From: Octopus vulgaris
Lineage: Eukaryota
Direction of reading: 5' to 3'
DNA length: 64,000 nucleotides
Assembly: GCA_951406725.2 (NCBI GenBank)
Contig: OX597815.1
Span: 198,462,001-198,526,000 of the forward strand
Shown here: piece by piece, positions 13,660-25,819 of the stretch
How positions within the stretch are numbered: the stretch's first letter is position 1
Layout: each line of letters begins with the position of its first letter
Made by a program: the position numbers and the translations under genes
Notes under the pieces: generated by a model
What the model saw: the letters and a program-made list of their open reading frames with translations, nothing else
Databases searched by the model: none
Told to the model about the DNA's origin: nothing

Positions 13660-14180
13660 GTGAAGAAGAAGAAGGAGGAGGATGGGAGGAGGAGGAGGAG
13701 GAGGAGAAGAAGAAGAAGACGTAGAAGAAGAAGAGAAAGAAGACGAGGATGAGGAGGAGGAGGAGAAGACGTAGAAGAAGAAGAGAAAGAAGGAGGAGGA
13801 GGAGAAGACGTAGAAGAAGAAGAGAAAGAAGGAGGAGGAGGAGAAGACGTAGAAGAAGAAGAGAAAGAAGGAGGAGGAGGAGAAGACGTAGAAGAAGAAA
13901 AAGGAGGAGGAGGAGAAGACGTAGAAGAAGAAGAGAAAGAAGGAGGAGGAGGAGGAGGAGGAGACGTAGAAGAAGAAGAAAAAGGAGGAGGAGGAGGAGA
14001 AGGAGGAGAAGAAGACGTAGAAGAAGAGGAGAAAGAAGGAGGAGGAGGAGGAGAAGACGTAGAAGAAGAAGAGAAAGGAGGAGGAGGAGAAGAAGCAGAA
14101 GAAGAAGCAGAAGAAGAAGAAGCAGAAGAAGAAGAAGAAGAAGAAGAAGAAGAAGAAGAAGAAGAAGAAGAAGAAGAAGA
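13660..14180 (+). repeat. Polypurine minisatellite (~39-bp unit GGAGAAGACGTAGAAGAAGAAGAGAAAGAAGGAGGAGGA) grading into (GAA)n
   Basis: GACGTAGAAGAAG recurs about nine times with variable GGA counts. Confidence 0.9.
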
Positions 14181-15048
14181 CGACAAAAAGCATAGAATGG
14201 AAGATTTTGTGTAGGCAGATGCGATTAAGTATAAGGAGAAAACGACGCTAATGCAATGAGTCACCGAGGGATAGAGAGAATGATGACGTAAAGGTAGAGT
14301 TTATTATGGATAGACATTGAGGGGACAATGTAATAGGAAAAAGAGAGGTGTAAGTTGGAAACTATACTTTAGATGATGGCAACGAATGTGAGGCATATAG
14401 AAAGGGGAAGCAAAGAAGAATGTTATAACGGCTAAAAAATAAAACAAAGAAAGAAATACTGGAATACGAAAAAAAAAAGAAGAAAAATGTGAAATGCAGA
14501 CATAAGAAAAAAAAAGAAAGTTGTGCAAAGAAGAGGTTATTTAATGATTAGTAGAGAGTAGAACAGGATACAGTTAAAAGCTGTAGAGAAATAAGAGGAA
14601 AGAGAGAGAAACCAAGAATGGCTGTGTGCGAAAAAGGTGTATGCGGTCAGCATAGAATATTCAAATTCAGAACGCCATATATCACAGTCAGTCGTTACTT
14701 TGACACATAATTCTTGTGTTCCTTATCAGAAGAATGATTTCAAGATGGCAGAAAAATATAACATTATGGTGATGAATTGCTCTGAGTTCATTGCATGGAA
14801 TCTAATGCATCAGCCATCAGCTTCCGTGAATGTTGTCTTGCTAAGTATTGGTGAAAAAGAAAACGAAAACAGATCGTACACAACACACTGAGAGAACTCA
14901 TATACAAAACTATATACACCACATGCCATACATATACGCACACATACATGTTTGTATTTATGCATATAGATATATATGCATATATATATGTATGTGTGTC
15001 TGTATAAGTATGTGCCTGCATGTGTGTCTCTGTCTCTCTCTGTCTGTT

Positions 15049-15120
<72 letters not shown>

Positions 15121-15233
15121 TATATACATACGTGCATACATATATACATTATACATACATGAATAATGAATATTCGCAAAAATATATAGACGAGTGAAAA
15201 TATATGTGAAATACTCATACGTTTATATATATA

Positions 15234-15315
<82 letters not shown>

Positions 15316-15830
15316 TATGTGTGGGGAGAGTGAGCGACTGCGTGTGTGTATGTGTGAGTGTGTTTGTATGAGTGAGTGTGTGTGTAGAGGGAGGGAGTGA
15401 GAGAGAGAAAGAGAGAAAATAAGGGAGACCAATATATGTATCCTGTATCTATATCTAGTAATACTCTTATTCACAAATATGTCTAAATATATACAAATAT
15501 CTCAATATAGATATAACTATATATATATATCTGCGAATGGAAATATGTATAGAGAGAGCGGTGGATAGGGAGACAGAGGCATGTATACTTGCGTAGATAA
15601 ATAATCATAATATAGAAAATAAAGGAGCGTATTAGAAAGTGTTTGTGTGAACGCGGGATATGAATGTACAGATATGCGGCAAAAGCAGAGAAGCCTTAGA
15701 TAAAGGATACGAATAATGCATTCTGGATAGACAATATCAGGAAAGCGCTAGTGGATGGTTTTATAATAGGCCTGCTCGATCAAGGCTGACATTTGTAGAA
15801 ACAACATTTATTCGTCCTTACCGTTTGATG

Positions 15831-15910
<80 letters not shown>

Positions 15911-15919
15911 TATATATAA

Positions 15920-15964
<45 letters not shown>

Positions 15965-15976
15965 TATGTATATGTA

Positions 15977-16037
<61 letters not shown>

Positions 16038-16714
16038 TTATATTTCGATACGTAAGTATATGTTTTATATATGTATGCTCGTGAATATGTGCTTGTGAGT
16101 ATATGTGTGTGTGTTCTCTGAGCGTGTAGAGAGATGGAGAGAGAGAGAGAGAGAGAGAGAGGGAGATTATTTAATGTATTTAAAGAAAAGAATGAAGGAA
16201 TGAATGAATGAATGAATGAATGGATGAAAGAATGAATGAAAGAGAGCAAAATAGTGAAAAACGAATAAAAGCTTAAAATAAAAGGGAGGAAAGCAGAAGA
16301 GAGCCGGAAGAAATGATAAAGAAAGTGAGACATGAGAGAGAATAGATTGTTTTAGTTGGTATTGGTAGTTGGAAAGGTTTTCCATGGCTTGCAGTACACA
16401 TTAAGCTAGAATTACAAGAATTACATTGACAACTCAAAGACTGGTGTTAATTGAATACCCTTCTCATCCTACGCTTCCTCTTCTTCTTCTTCTTCTTCTT
16501 CTTCTTCTTCTTCTTCTTCTTCTTCTTCTTCTTCTTCTTCTTCTTCTTTGTGTTTGCTTTCTCTTTTTGTCTTTTCTTTTTTTTTTTTTTTTTAGAATCA
16601 TTTTCTTTCTTTTCTCCTTTGTTTCGCTTTAACCTCTGTATTTGTCCTTAAGGTAACATTCCTCTGATCAATTGTTGTTACTGAATAAAATCCTATACTG
16701 AATGATGATTGGTT

Positions 16715-16764
<50 letters not shown>

Positions 16765-17619
16765 TGAATGCGTATGTGCGTGTGTGTATCTATGTGCATG
16801 CGTGAGTGTGTCAGTGTGTGTACGCGCCGGCGTTAAAAACAAAGATAATACACGTGAAATTTAAAGACTTGCGCAGATAGGTGAGATCGATGTCAGAGCT
16901 ATTCACTTTAAAGTCCTGTACGTAGAAAGTAGAATATTTCTATACAAGGATGGCTTTCCTAAGATACAAAACGTTTTGTGCTACGAAGAATTTTCAATGC
17001 TTTTTGACTGAAGGTTCACTACTTAGACGCAGTAGGTCACATAAGTGCAGAGGTTACAGAATGTCGTGTTTTCTTTTTTTTTTTTTTTGCTTTGAATTGA
17101 CAACAAACATGCAAATTCAGAAAAGAAGACACCATAAGTGAGAGAGTGAAGAAATTTAGAAGGAAATCTATTGTACGCGTGTACGTATGCGTCTCTAAAT
17201 GTGTGCGTGTATAGACTAATTTTTGTAGTGTATATTCAAAATTTTGTATTTTCTTTAATGATTAAGTGTGAATGAATGAAATCTGTGGAATTTGTTTACA
17301 AGAATTGAAATTATACGTAGATGCAATGTCACCAAGTAGCTGAAGGCATTTTGTTAAGCACATTTTCTATTCTTCAACTATTCGACTCAGTGCTTTCTTA
17401 TAGATAATGAACTTAAACTTGTAGTTACTCAAAGCAACGAATTTTGAAAGAGAAAAAATGCCGCAAAAGTGACACAAAATCTCGACAAATACTATTGCGA
17501 TCCTCAGAGGAAATTAGATCTCAGAAAATATAGCATCAGGACAGAATAAAGCAAGTTTAGATTTCCGATATTCTAAATACACAATATGTTGTTTTGTTTA
17601 ATCGTAATATCAACCCGTC

Positions 17620-18290
17620 AGTTTGATTGCGCGGACCAACCTGACTACCTTTCTCCATCCTTCTCAATTTTCAATTAGGTTTTCAATTTGGCGTCCAACA
17701 TATTCTACAAGGTGTTGTAGTACGTCTTCTATGGTCTTCCGGCCGCTGTGGTACCATGATTTGGAATCTGGCAGAATCGTTAGCACGCCGGGCGAAATGC
17801 TTATCGGTATTTCGTTTGCCGCTACGTTCTGAGTTCAAATTCTGCCGAGGTCGATTTTGCCTTTCATCCTTTCGGGGTTGATAAATTAAGTACCAGTTAC
17901 GCACTGGAGTCTTTTTTCATTTTTCTGTCCTTGTTTGTCCCCTCTATGTTTAGCCCCTTGTGGGTAATAAAGAAATAGGTATTTCGTTTGCCGCTACGTA
18001 CTGAGTTCAAATTCCGCCGAGGTCGACTTTGCCTTTCATCCTTTCGGGGTCGATTAAATAAGTACCAGTTACGCTCAGGGGGTGATATAATCGACTTAAT
18101 CCGTTTGTCTGTCCTTGTTCGTCCCCTGTGTGTTTAGCCCCTTGTGGGTAGTAAAGAAATAGGTACCATGATTTGGTGTCCACAGCAACACATTACTCAC
18201 TGGTTCTTTTTTACTTCTTCCGCATTGGCCAACAAACTTCAGTCTCCGCTCTTGGATGGTTGATGAGGAAGTTGGTACATTCCCATATAA
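17620..18290 (-). pseudogene. RTE-clade LINE ORF2 C-terminal remnant, split by a SINE insertion
   Basis: The minus strand reads LYGNVPTSSSTIQERRLKFVGQCGRSKKEPVSNVLLWTPNHGT and resumes past the SINE as TAAGRP*KTY. This matches the RTE RT C-terminal RRLRFAGHC..R......LLW.P..G.R..GRP motif. Confidence 0.75.
17765..18161 (+). mobile_element. Meta-type SINE dimer with 15-bp target-site duplication
   Basis: TSD GGTACCATGATTTGG at 17750-17764 and 18162-18176. Units start GGTATTTCG at 17806 and 17978. Confidence 0.9.
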
Positions 18291-18349
18291 CCGTAACCCA
18301 TAACCCCCCCCCCCCCCATAACAAAACAAAACTATACAATAATACTTTC

Positions 18350-18950
18350 TCGTATAGGTGCGAAGCCTGAAATTTTGGGAAGAAAAAAGTAGTCGATTAC
18401 ATCGAATCTGAAACTCAAATGGTATTAATTTTATCGACGGCGAAAGGATGAAGGGTAATTCGATCACGATAGAATCTGACCTCGGAACGTACAGCTCGAA
18501 GAAAAACCACAACGCATTTTATCCACGTGCTAACGACCCCACCAGATCACCGCCTTATACTACATAAATAATAATGGTTTAAAGATTTGGCACAAGGCCA
18601 GCAATTTCAGAGGAGGGTGTGAGTCGATTATATCGACCCAAGTGTTCAGTTGGTACTTATTTTATTGATCCCCACGTGATCGGCGGAATTTCAAATGAGA
18701 ATGTACAGCAGGAAGAAAAGCAACATTTTTGCACAGGGCCAGAAGATTTTAAGGGCAAAGAAAAATCGATTACATCGGCCCAAGTACTTGAATGGTGCGT
18801 ATTTTATCGACCGTTGCAAGGAGGACTAAGAAGAAAAAACAAATCAATCTTGGCGGAATTGGAACTGAAAGTGTAAAGGCAGACGAAATAACGCTACGAT
18901 TTTTGCCCGTCGTACTAATGATTCTACCAGCTCGATACCTTTACGATGAA
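18350..18950 (-). mobile_element. Three degenerate Meta-type SINE copies
   Basis: Repeated GGCACAAGGCCAG / GTCGATTACATCGA / TTTATCGAC..GAAAGGATGAA motifs, which are the reverse complement of the family. Confidence 0.6.
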
Positions 18951-20370
18951 TCTAATAAAATTTTCTAATATGAGGATAAGGTCAAAACAGGAGATAGAGA
19001 AAAAGAGAGTGAACGGGGAAATTATCCCATGAGATCCAGACTATTATCCTCTTCTTTAAATTATCGAAACGAAAAGAGGGAAGGCAAGCTGACCTCAAGA
19101 AATAAGTGTTATAACTAAATTCCACGAGTTATTTTCTCCGACGAGTCATTTGCTCCAACGCGTAATTTGCTCTCACCTTACGGCTACTTCAACATCATCT
19201 TCGTATACATGATACAAGTTCTTGACGGAGGTACAGTGCCAGAAAATTCAGATAAGAAATACAGTAACTGATATCGCACCTAGTATTTGACAGGCACTTT
19301 ATTTATGAACACCCAGGTACAATAGGCATATTTGGTTTGGTTAGGATTTACACCCAAGGTTTAAAGAGAATATAGGGCAAAATTGCTTATCTTGTGCTCT
19401 AGTACTTTCGCTAATATTTCGCCTTCAACACGTAGAAGATAATGATTTCTAATTTAAGAAACCGGTCAGCAATGTTTAGAAGAGAACGTTAGCCGACACC
19501 ATCAACTTCGGTAGTTGAGAAGTACTTTATTTTAGCGAAGAAGAATGCATGAATTGCATGTGACCTGGTCAGAATATGAACTCAACAAAAGAGCTAGAAC
19601 AGATAAGAAAATGCTCTTTTATTTGACTTTATAACGAATTAGCCAATCCACCGCCTCATATATTTTTATCAACTATAAACACAATACTCGAACTCTAGTG
19701 GCAGGAAAACAGTCGATTATATTGACCCTAGGATTCAAATGGGGCTAATGTCATCAGCCTCCAAAGTATAAAAGTCTTAGTCGACTTCGATGAATTAAAT
19801 TCAGGCAAAATGTTAACAGTAACAAATAGAAACGCACTGAAGTTTAGCAACAACTTATAAAATGGTTAAGAAATATAGTTTCTTATACATCTATCTAGAC
19901 ACTGTTATGCTGCCATAAAGCAAAAAAAAAAATGTAACTGAATGATATTTGTTCGATTTTTGTTCAAATATATATTCTCATCGTTATATGCCCCCTTCTG
20001 ATTAACATCACAGTAGCGACACGTTTGGCAACAAATGGAAACAAAAACAATTTTTCTTCCTTTATTTCTATTACAACTTACTAAAGTTTGGCCACAGTTC
20101 AGCACTAGTGGTAAAACATTCATTCATACTTTAAGTACACCAGACGTCCAGTCTGTTAATAAGATTTTGTTTTTTTTATTCTTAGGCAATTTTTCAGGAA
20201 AAAAAAATCTATCAGAATAAAAAATATGGTTCGATATAAATATTGCACTGATAAGTATGAAGTTCTCAATAGACTAAAAAATGTTAATTTATTTATATTA
20301 TAATACATTAAAAGTAAATCATAATACATGATATAAGTTGCCGGCATCGATTATACTCAAGGAAATATTG

Positions 20371-20371
<1 letters not shown>

Positions 20372-20461
<90 letters not shown>

Positions 20462-20970
20462 TTGAGTGAGAGAGCAGAGCATGTCATCAAAGTGATACTG
20501 GGTACAAATATACGAAGCCCAGTATACCTATCATGACTACCCGTCTGACAAGAGTACACCAGGCACATGCATCACAACCATATCTGCGCGATATGGTGAT
20601 CTCGTATCAAGATAAGCAGCGCATAAATTTGCAATTGCGGCCCCCGTCCAAAAGGTCCCTAAATGCAGGTAACTTAAGGATGTCGAACAAAACACCCATG
20701 TTTCCAGAGATGAATTACTCAAACACCAAAGAATTCTTCTCAACACATGGCTATTTCTGCTCGTGATCAGGGATGCATATATTCTCAGCCACGAAGGGAC
20801 ATGCTCATCTGATTAAGGTCCCATAATTGACAAGGAAATCTGTGATATTGGGCAGAACACTTGCTGTAGTCCATCTTTTATACCGAGCCAAAACAATAGA
20901 CGTGATAACACTCCCAATCAGTTAAAATTTTTTAAAAACCCACGAAAGCCACTGCCTGGTACCGCATCAG
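20372..20970 (-). mobile_element. ~510-bp non-coding interspersed retroposon-like repeat with (TAC)n(TAA)n 3' tail
   Basis: A GC-richer block bounded by trinucleotide tracts. The minus strand ends CTCTCTCACTCAA-(TAC)n-(TAA)n. It is single copy here, so the family call rests on recall. Confidence 0.45.
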
Positions 20971-21009
20971 GTTATCGTTATTATTAGTATTATTATTGTT
21001 GTTATTAGT

Positions 21010-21050
<41 letters not shown>

Positions 21051-21149
21051 TATTATATTTTCACGCGCACACACGCACAAACACACATATTGTAGTGAAT
21101 CATTGACGAAAGCGTGAGTACATTGAATCAAATTCTCGACAGAGAGAGT

Positions 21150-22003
21150 AAAGGGGTAATGTTCCATTTTCCGCGCGTATAGTTTAACTGGCATGTCACA
21201 GTTTACAATGAATGTGTGAAAAGCTAGTACAACATAAGGAATACATAAGCACCAAATTATATATTATGCCAAAACAAATATCAGGCATTTCTGTCCCCGA
21301 CATAATCCAGACATAGCTACTAATAAAGATATAATCTGCTTATATTTTTCCTCGTAGCATAGCTTTCAGTAGTTTTTAAAACTTTCATATTTTAGCGCAA
21401 TTTTGCCCAAATACAGTTCTTTTTGTATCATTTAGTTGAATCAAACCAGAGGTGCTCTTTCTTGTAAAAACTCTATTTTCATCGTCCTGAGTAACTTAAA
21501 CCTCTTGGTAGAAACAATTTGTATCAGTGCGGTGTTAACATATATATATATCTTTTGTCTTACTGTTTGCCAGTTGTAAGTCAGACGTTAACCTTTTATC
21601 GTTATTCTGCAACCGTTATCCGTAGTACGAAATTACCTTTCCCTATAAATCGCAAACTCCTTGCAAAAGCCGATAGTAAATGTGAAATAGAATTCGTTGT
21701 GACCGCTCTATTACTGTAAGACGCGAAGCACCTTTTTCTTACGTAAATATCCGAAGCCACTGATACACTACCAAATGAATTCATACATTAGAAAAGCACG
21801 TAATTTCTCTTATAATTTACTCTTGTACATATTCACTGGACAGCTTTTATATATAAACATATGTGTTATGAAATTGTCAGTTTCATAATATATAATTTGG
21901 TGCTTATGTATTCTTTATGTTTTATTAGCTTTTGACACATTCATTGTAAACTGTGACATACCAGTTAAACTATACGTGGCGGAAAATGGAACATTACCCT
22001 TTT
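21150..22003 (-). mobile_element. Decayed Penelope-like element 3' end with inverted tail copy
   Basis: ~120-bp inverted arms at 21150-21270 and 21883-22003. The interior minus strand weakly resembles a GIY-YIG C-terminus. A degenerate HHR-like TGTC-GGG-GACA-GAAA lies at ~21290-21320. Confidence 0.45.
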
Positions 22004-22004
22004 A

Positions 22005-22195
22005 CGCTTTTACTTGTTTCTGTTATTTGGGTGCGACCATGGTGAAGCAACGCCTTTAGTCGAGAAATCGACCCCAGGACTTATTCTTTGGAAGCCTAGT
22101 ATTATTTTAACGGTCTCTTTTGCCGAAACGCTACGTTACGGGGACGTAAACACACGACCATTGGTTGTCAAGCGATGTTGGGGTACAAACACATA
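22005..22195 (-). mobile_element. CORE-type SINE 3' part
   Basis: Homologous to 6786-7000 and 11738-11950. Confidence 0.75.
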
Positions 22196-22235
22196 CACAC
22201 AATCATATACACAAACACACACACACACACACACG

Positions 22236-22295
<60 letters not shown>

Positions 22296-22316
22296 GTACA
22301 ATTACTCAATAGACAA

Positions 22317-22377
22317 GATAAAACTCTGAGTTTCAGATGACGAAGTGGAAATCCACAACACCATCTCTTCGGTTATC
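22317..22377 (-). ncRNA. Type I hammerhead ribozyme motif (core CCGAAGA, U4C)
   Basis: Minus strand: GATAA-CCGAAGA-GATGGTG..CGTCATC-T-GAAA-CTCAGAG-TT-TTATC. Stems I, II and III pair. It lies inside a short element with inverted arms at 22293-22327 and 22420-22455. Confidence 0.65.
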
Positions 22378-22727
22378 TGACCATCTAAAAAAACGCTATG
22401 AAAAAATACCGTTATATAAAGAGTTTTATCTTGACTATTGAGTAATTGTACGTATTATTTTATAGATAAATTTCCTCTATTTACATAATATTGAGGTCTC
22501 TTTCTTTCTTTTGTTATCTTATCGTTTTTACCAATATATATATATATATATATATATATAACGTAAGGGGTATTAGCCATCTGAATGTGGCTAGCCACTG
22601 GGGGGGTGGGGGGTTACTGATGCTTTTAGCCCCAGGCGATCAACGTCACCAGGACTTTAGACACTATCTCAGTGTCCTTGTGTTACTTGCAAAGGGAGGT
22701 CATCCTCCCTCGAAGACCCGAGTACTA

Positions 22728-22772
22728 CATACGGACTATAGTTTCAAGGTAATTGCCTCTCGTCAACGCATG
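22728..22772 (-). ncRNA. Type I hammerhead ribozyme (core TTGACGA, C3U), copy 1
   Basis: Minus strand: CATGCG-TTGACGA-GAGG-CAATTA-CCTT-GAAA-CTATAG-TC-CGTATG. Palindromic stem III and GUC cleavage triplet. Confidence 0.8.
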
Positions 22773-23085
22773 GTAAGCACCGGTCTTCGATGAAGGACTC
22801 CCCTCGCAAGTAATAAATAATGTTTTTCACAGTAACCACTGTCACTGATGAAGAAAAACTGTCTGAAAACAATAATAAAACTCTGAACGAGATATAAACA
22901 GTAACCGTTCGACAACGTAAGGGGTATTAGCCATCTGAATGTGGCTAGCCACTGGGGGTGGGTGGGTGTTACTGATGCTTTTAGCCCCAGGCGATCAACG
23001 TCACCAGAAGGACTTTAGACACTATCTCAGTGTCCTTGTGTTATTTGCAAAGGGAGGTCATCCTCCCTCGAAGACCCGAGTACTA

Positions 23086-23130
23086 CATACGGACTATAGT
23101 TTCAAGGTAATTGCCTCTCGTCAACGCATG
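23086..23130 (-). ncRNA. Type I hammerhead ribozyme (C3U), copy 2
   Basis: Identical to 22728-22772. Confidence 0.8.
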
Positions 23131-23438
23131 GTAAGCACCGGTCTTCGATGAAGGAGTCCCCTCGCAAGTAATATATAATGTTTGTCACAGTAACCACTGT
23201 CACTGATGTAGAAAAACTGTCTGAAAACAATAATATATCTCTGAACGAGATATAAACAGTAACTGCTCGACAACGTAAGGGGTATTAGCCATCTGAATGT
23301 GGCTAGCCACTGGGGGGGGTGTTACTGATGCTTTTAGCCCCAGGCGATCAACGTCACCAGAAGGACTTTAGACACTATCTCAGTGTCCTTGTGTTATTTG
23401 CAAAGGGAGGTCATCCTCCCTCGAAGACCCGAGTACTA

Positions 23439-23483
23439 CATACGGACTATAGTTTCAAGGTAATTGCCTCTCGTCAACGCATG
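23439..23483 (-). ncRNA. Type I hammerhead ribozyme (C3U), copy 3
   Basis: Identical to 22728-22772. Confidence 0.8.
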
Positions 23484-23906
23484 GTAAGCACCGGTCTTCG
23501 ATGAAGGAGTCCCCTCGCAAGTAATATATAATGTTTGTCACAGTAACCACTGTCACTGATGTAGAAAAACTGTCTGAAAACAATAATGAATCTCTGAACG
23601 AGATATAAACAGTAACCGCTCGACAACGTAAGGGGTATTAGCCATATGAACGTGGCTTCTGGTGACGTTGATCTGGTGACGTTGATCGCCTGGGGCTAAG
23701 AGCATCAGTAACATCCTATCCCCCCAGTGGCTAGCCACATTCAGATGGCTAATACCCCTTACATTGTCGAGCGGTTACTGTTTATATCTCGTTCAGAGAT
23801 TTATTATTGTTTTCAGACAATTTTTCTACATCAGTGACAGTGGTTACTGTGACAAACATTATATATTACTTGCGAAGGGACTCCTTCATCGAAGACCGGT
23901 GCTTAC

Positions 23907-23951
23907 CATGCGTTGACGAGAGGCAATTACCTTGAAACCATAGTCCGTATG
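23907..23951 (+). ncRNA. Type I hammerhead ribozyme (C3U), copy 4 in the inverted unit
   Basis: CATGCG-TTGACGA-GAGGCAATTACCTT-GAAA-CCATAG-TC-CGTATG, with one stem III substitution. Confidence 0.7.
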
Positions 23952-24395
23952 TAGTACTCGGGTCTTCGAGGGAGGATGACCTCCCTTTGCAAATAACACA
24001 AGGGCACTGAGATAGTGTCTAAAGTCCTTCTGGTGACGTTGATCGCCTGGGGCTAAAAGCATCAGTAACACCCCCCCCAGTGGCTAGCCACATTCAGATG
24101 GCTAATACCCCTTACGTTGTCGAGCGGTTACTGTTTATATCTCGTTCAGAGATTTATTATTGTTTATATATATATATATATATATGATTATTGAAATGGA
24201 TAATGAATTATCTTGTTACGGATTATTCAAAAGATAACCGATACCTGTGTAGCAAAAATCACAACAGAAAAATCACGGTTGAGGTTACGACCATGGGGTC
24301 TCAAACCCGTGCCTTAATGCGGAAATTTGAAGTTTATATATTTAGCGTAGGAAGAAATGGAGCTGAACGAAGATTTAACAAAATTCCTTTTTATT

Positions 24396-24481
24396 ATTTT
24401 CTACCCATGTTTCAAAGGCTGCAAAGTCCCTAATTCGGATTGAATAAGGAGACCATTTTGCAGCCTTCGCTTCAGGAAAAT
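24396..24481 (-). ncRNA. Type I hammerhead motif (core CTGAAGC, A9C), left arm
   Basis: Reverse complement of 24916-25001, with stem III CATGGG instead of CATATG. Confidence 0.55.
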
Positions 24482-24915
24482 CCAGGAACTTAATTCTCCA
24501 ACAAAATGCACATCAAACTTTTCGACAAACGCTCGCGAGGAGCCCATGGGATAAATGGCACAGAACTGTCTCTCAATATCCGTTGACGCCAGGCTGGGTG
24601 AAAGCAGACGAAAAAGTCCGTTGAGATAAATCAAGGTCAAAATCCGGCTAACAGGGGGGAGGGTTACAGGAAAATCAAAGAGTGAGAATGCATTCTGTAT
24701 GGCTGGTGTTAAAATTCGAATTGTTTTAAGAATGAGTGCTACCTGTTAGCCGGATTTTGACCTTAATTTATCTCAACGGACTTTTTCGTCGGCTTTCACC
24801 CAGCCTGGCGTCAACGCATATTGAGAGACAGTTCTGTGCCATTTATCCCATGAGCTCCTCGCGAGCGTTTGTCAAAAAGTTTGATGTGCATTTTGTTGGA
24901 GAATTAAGTTCCTGG

Positions 24916-25001
24916 ATTTTCCTGAAGCGAAGGCTGCAAAATGGTCTCCTTATTCAATCCGAATTAGGGACTTTGCAGCCTTTGAAACATATGTAGAAAA
25001 T
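24916..25001 (+). ncRNA. Type I hammerhead motif (core CTGAAGC, A9C), right arm
   Basis: ATTTTC-CTGAAGC-GAAGGCTGCAAA..TTTGCAGCCTTT-GAAA-CATATG-TA-GAAAAT: 6-bp stem I, 12-bp stem II and palindromic stem III. Confidence 0.7.
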
Positions 25002-25052
25002 AATAAAAAGGAATTTTGTTAAATCTTCATTCAGCTCCATTTCTTCCTACAC

Positions 25053-25091
<39 letters not shown>

Positions 25092-25092
<1 letters not shown>

Positions 25093-25250
25093 TACGACGG
25101 GCATCTTTCAGTTTCCGTCAACCAAATCAACTCAGAAGGCTTTGGTCGACCCGAGGCTATAGTAGAAGACACTCACCTAAAATGCCACGCCGTGGGAATG
25201 AACCCAGAACTATGTGGCTGGTAAGCAAGCTACTTACCACACAGCCACTT
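25092..25250 (-). mobile_element. CORE-type SINE 5' half
   Basis: Minus strand GTGGCTGTGTGGTAAGTAGCTTGCTTACC..GGGTTCATTCCCA head plus CORE-like segment. Confidence 0.8.
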
Positions 25251-25548
25251 CTGATGATTATATTTGTTGTTCCCATTTGACTCTAATATTTGAATTCTGA
25301 TTAATTTATTTCTTCATTATTTTGTTGCTACAGTTTTGTATCTCTACTTTGTTAAACATATCTTTTGATTTCGTTCCGATACAGGCTTATTAATTCATTT
25401 TTCTTTATGTATGAATAATTTCAGAATGGATTTAATTGAAGTCGCCATTTTCAAACTTATGTAACGATTCGATTTCAAACTATTATACATGTCTGTGCAC
25501 ACACCACCTGATACACATCTTATTTTCCTTTTGAGCTTGACATGTATT

Positions 25549-25615
<67 letters not shown>

Positions 25616-25678
25616 TATATGTATAAGAAACGTTCTTTATAAAAATATTTTAGCATTTTCTATCCTGAATTGTTTTTT

Positions 25679-25819
<141 letters not shown>

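Larger units (their letters stand above)
22561..24165. mobile_element. Tandem + inverted array of a ~355-bp HHR-containing unit (retrozyme/PLE pLTR-like) inserted in (TA)n
   Basis: Units start ACGTAAGGGGTATTAGCC at 22561, 22915, 23273 and 23626. The orientation flips at ~23657. (TA)n flanks both ends. Confidence 0.9.
24190..25062. mobile_element. PLE-type non-coding element with ~320-bp inverted arms, each carrying an HHR
   Basis: Arms at 24334-24655 and 24742-25062 are near-identical reverse complements. The element is flanked by (TA)n. Confidence 0.85.

Noticed and set aside
13377-14264. 295-aa Ser/Pro-rich (extensin-like) ORF and overlapping poly-Arg/poly-Phe ORFs
   Set aside because: These are translations of a GAA/GGA minisatellite that lacks stops by composition. 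There is no splice or domain evidence.
14788-14843. Possible minus-strand terminal exon (pyrimidine tract-TAG then RQHSRKLMADALDSMQ*)
   Set aside because: Too short, with no homology I recognise and no supported upstream exon. It needs RNA-seq.
20082-20152. Possible minus-strand exon ending in GTAAGT
   Set aside because: Weak A-rich acceptor and stops in all through-frames.
22820-22872. Plus-strand type III HHR-like pattern (ACAGT/ACTGT, CTGATGA, AGA/TCT, GAAA) in the 355-bp unit
   Set aside because: The spacing is off and the core is CTGATGT in the other units. The minus-strand motif fits far better.
22491-24071. Repeated ~60-100-aa ORF (..LLAPGDQRHQKDFRHY..) in each 355-bp unit
   Set aside because: It recurs only because the DNA is repeated. 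It is antisense to the HHR, has no recognisable motif, and its upstream frame shifts with G-run length.
22561-24165. CRISPR-like or prokaryotic interpretation of the repeat arrays
   Set aside because: Units are long and near-identical with no unique spacers or cas genes, and the context is eukaryotic.
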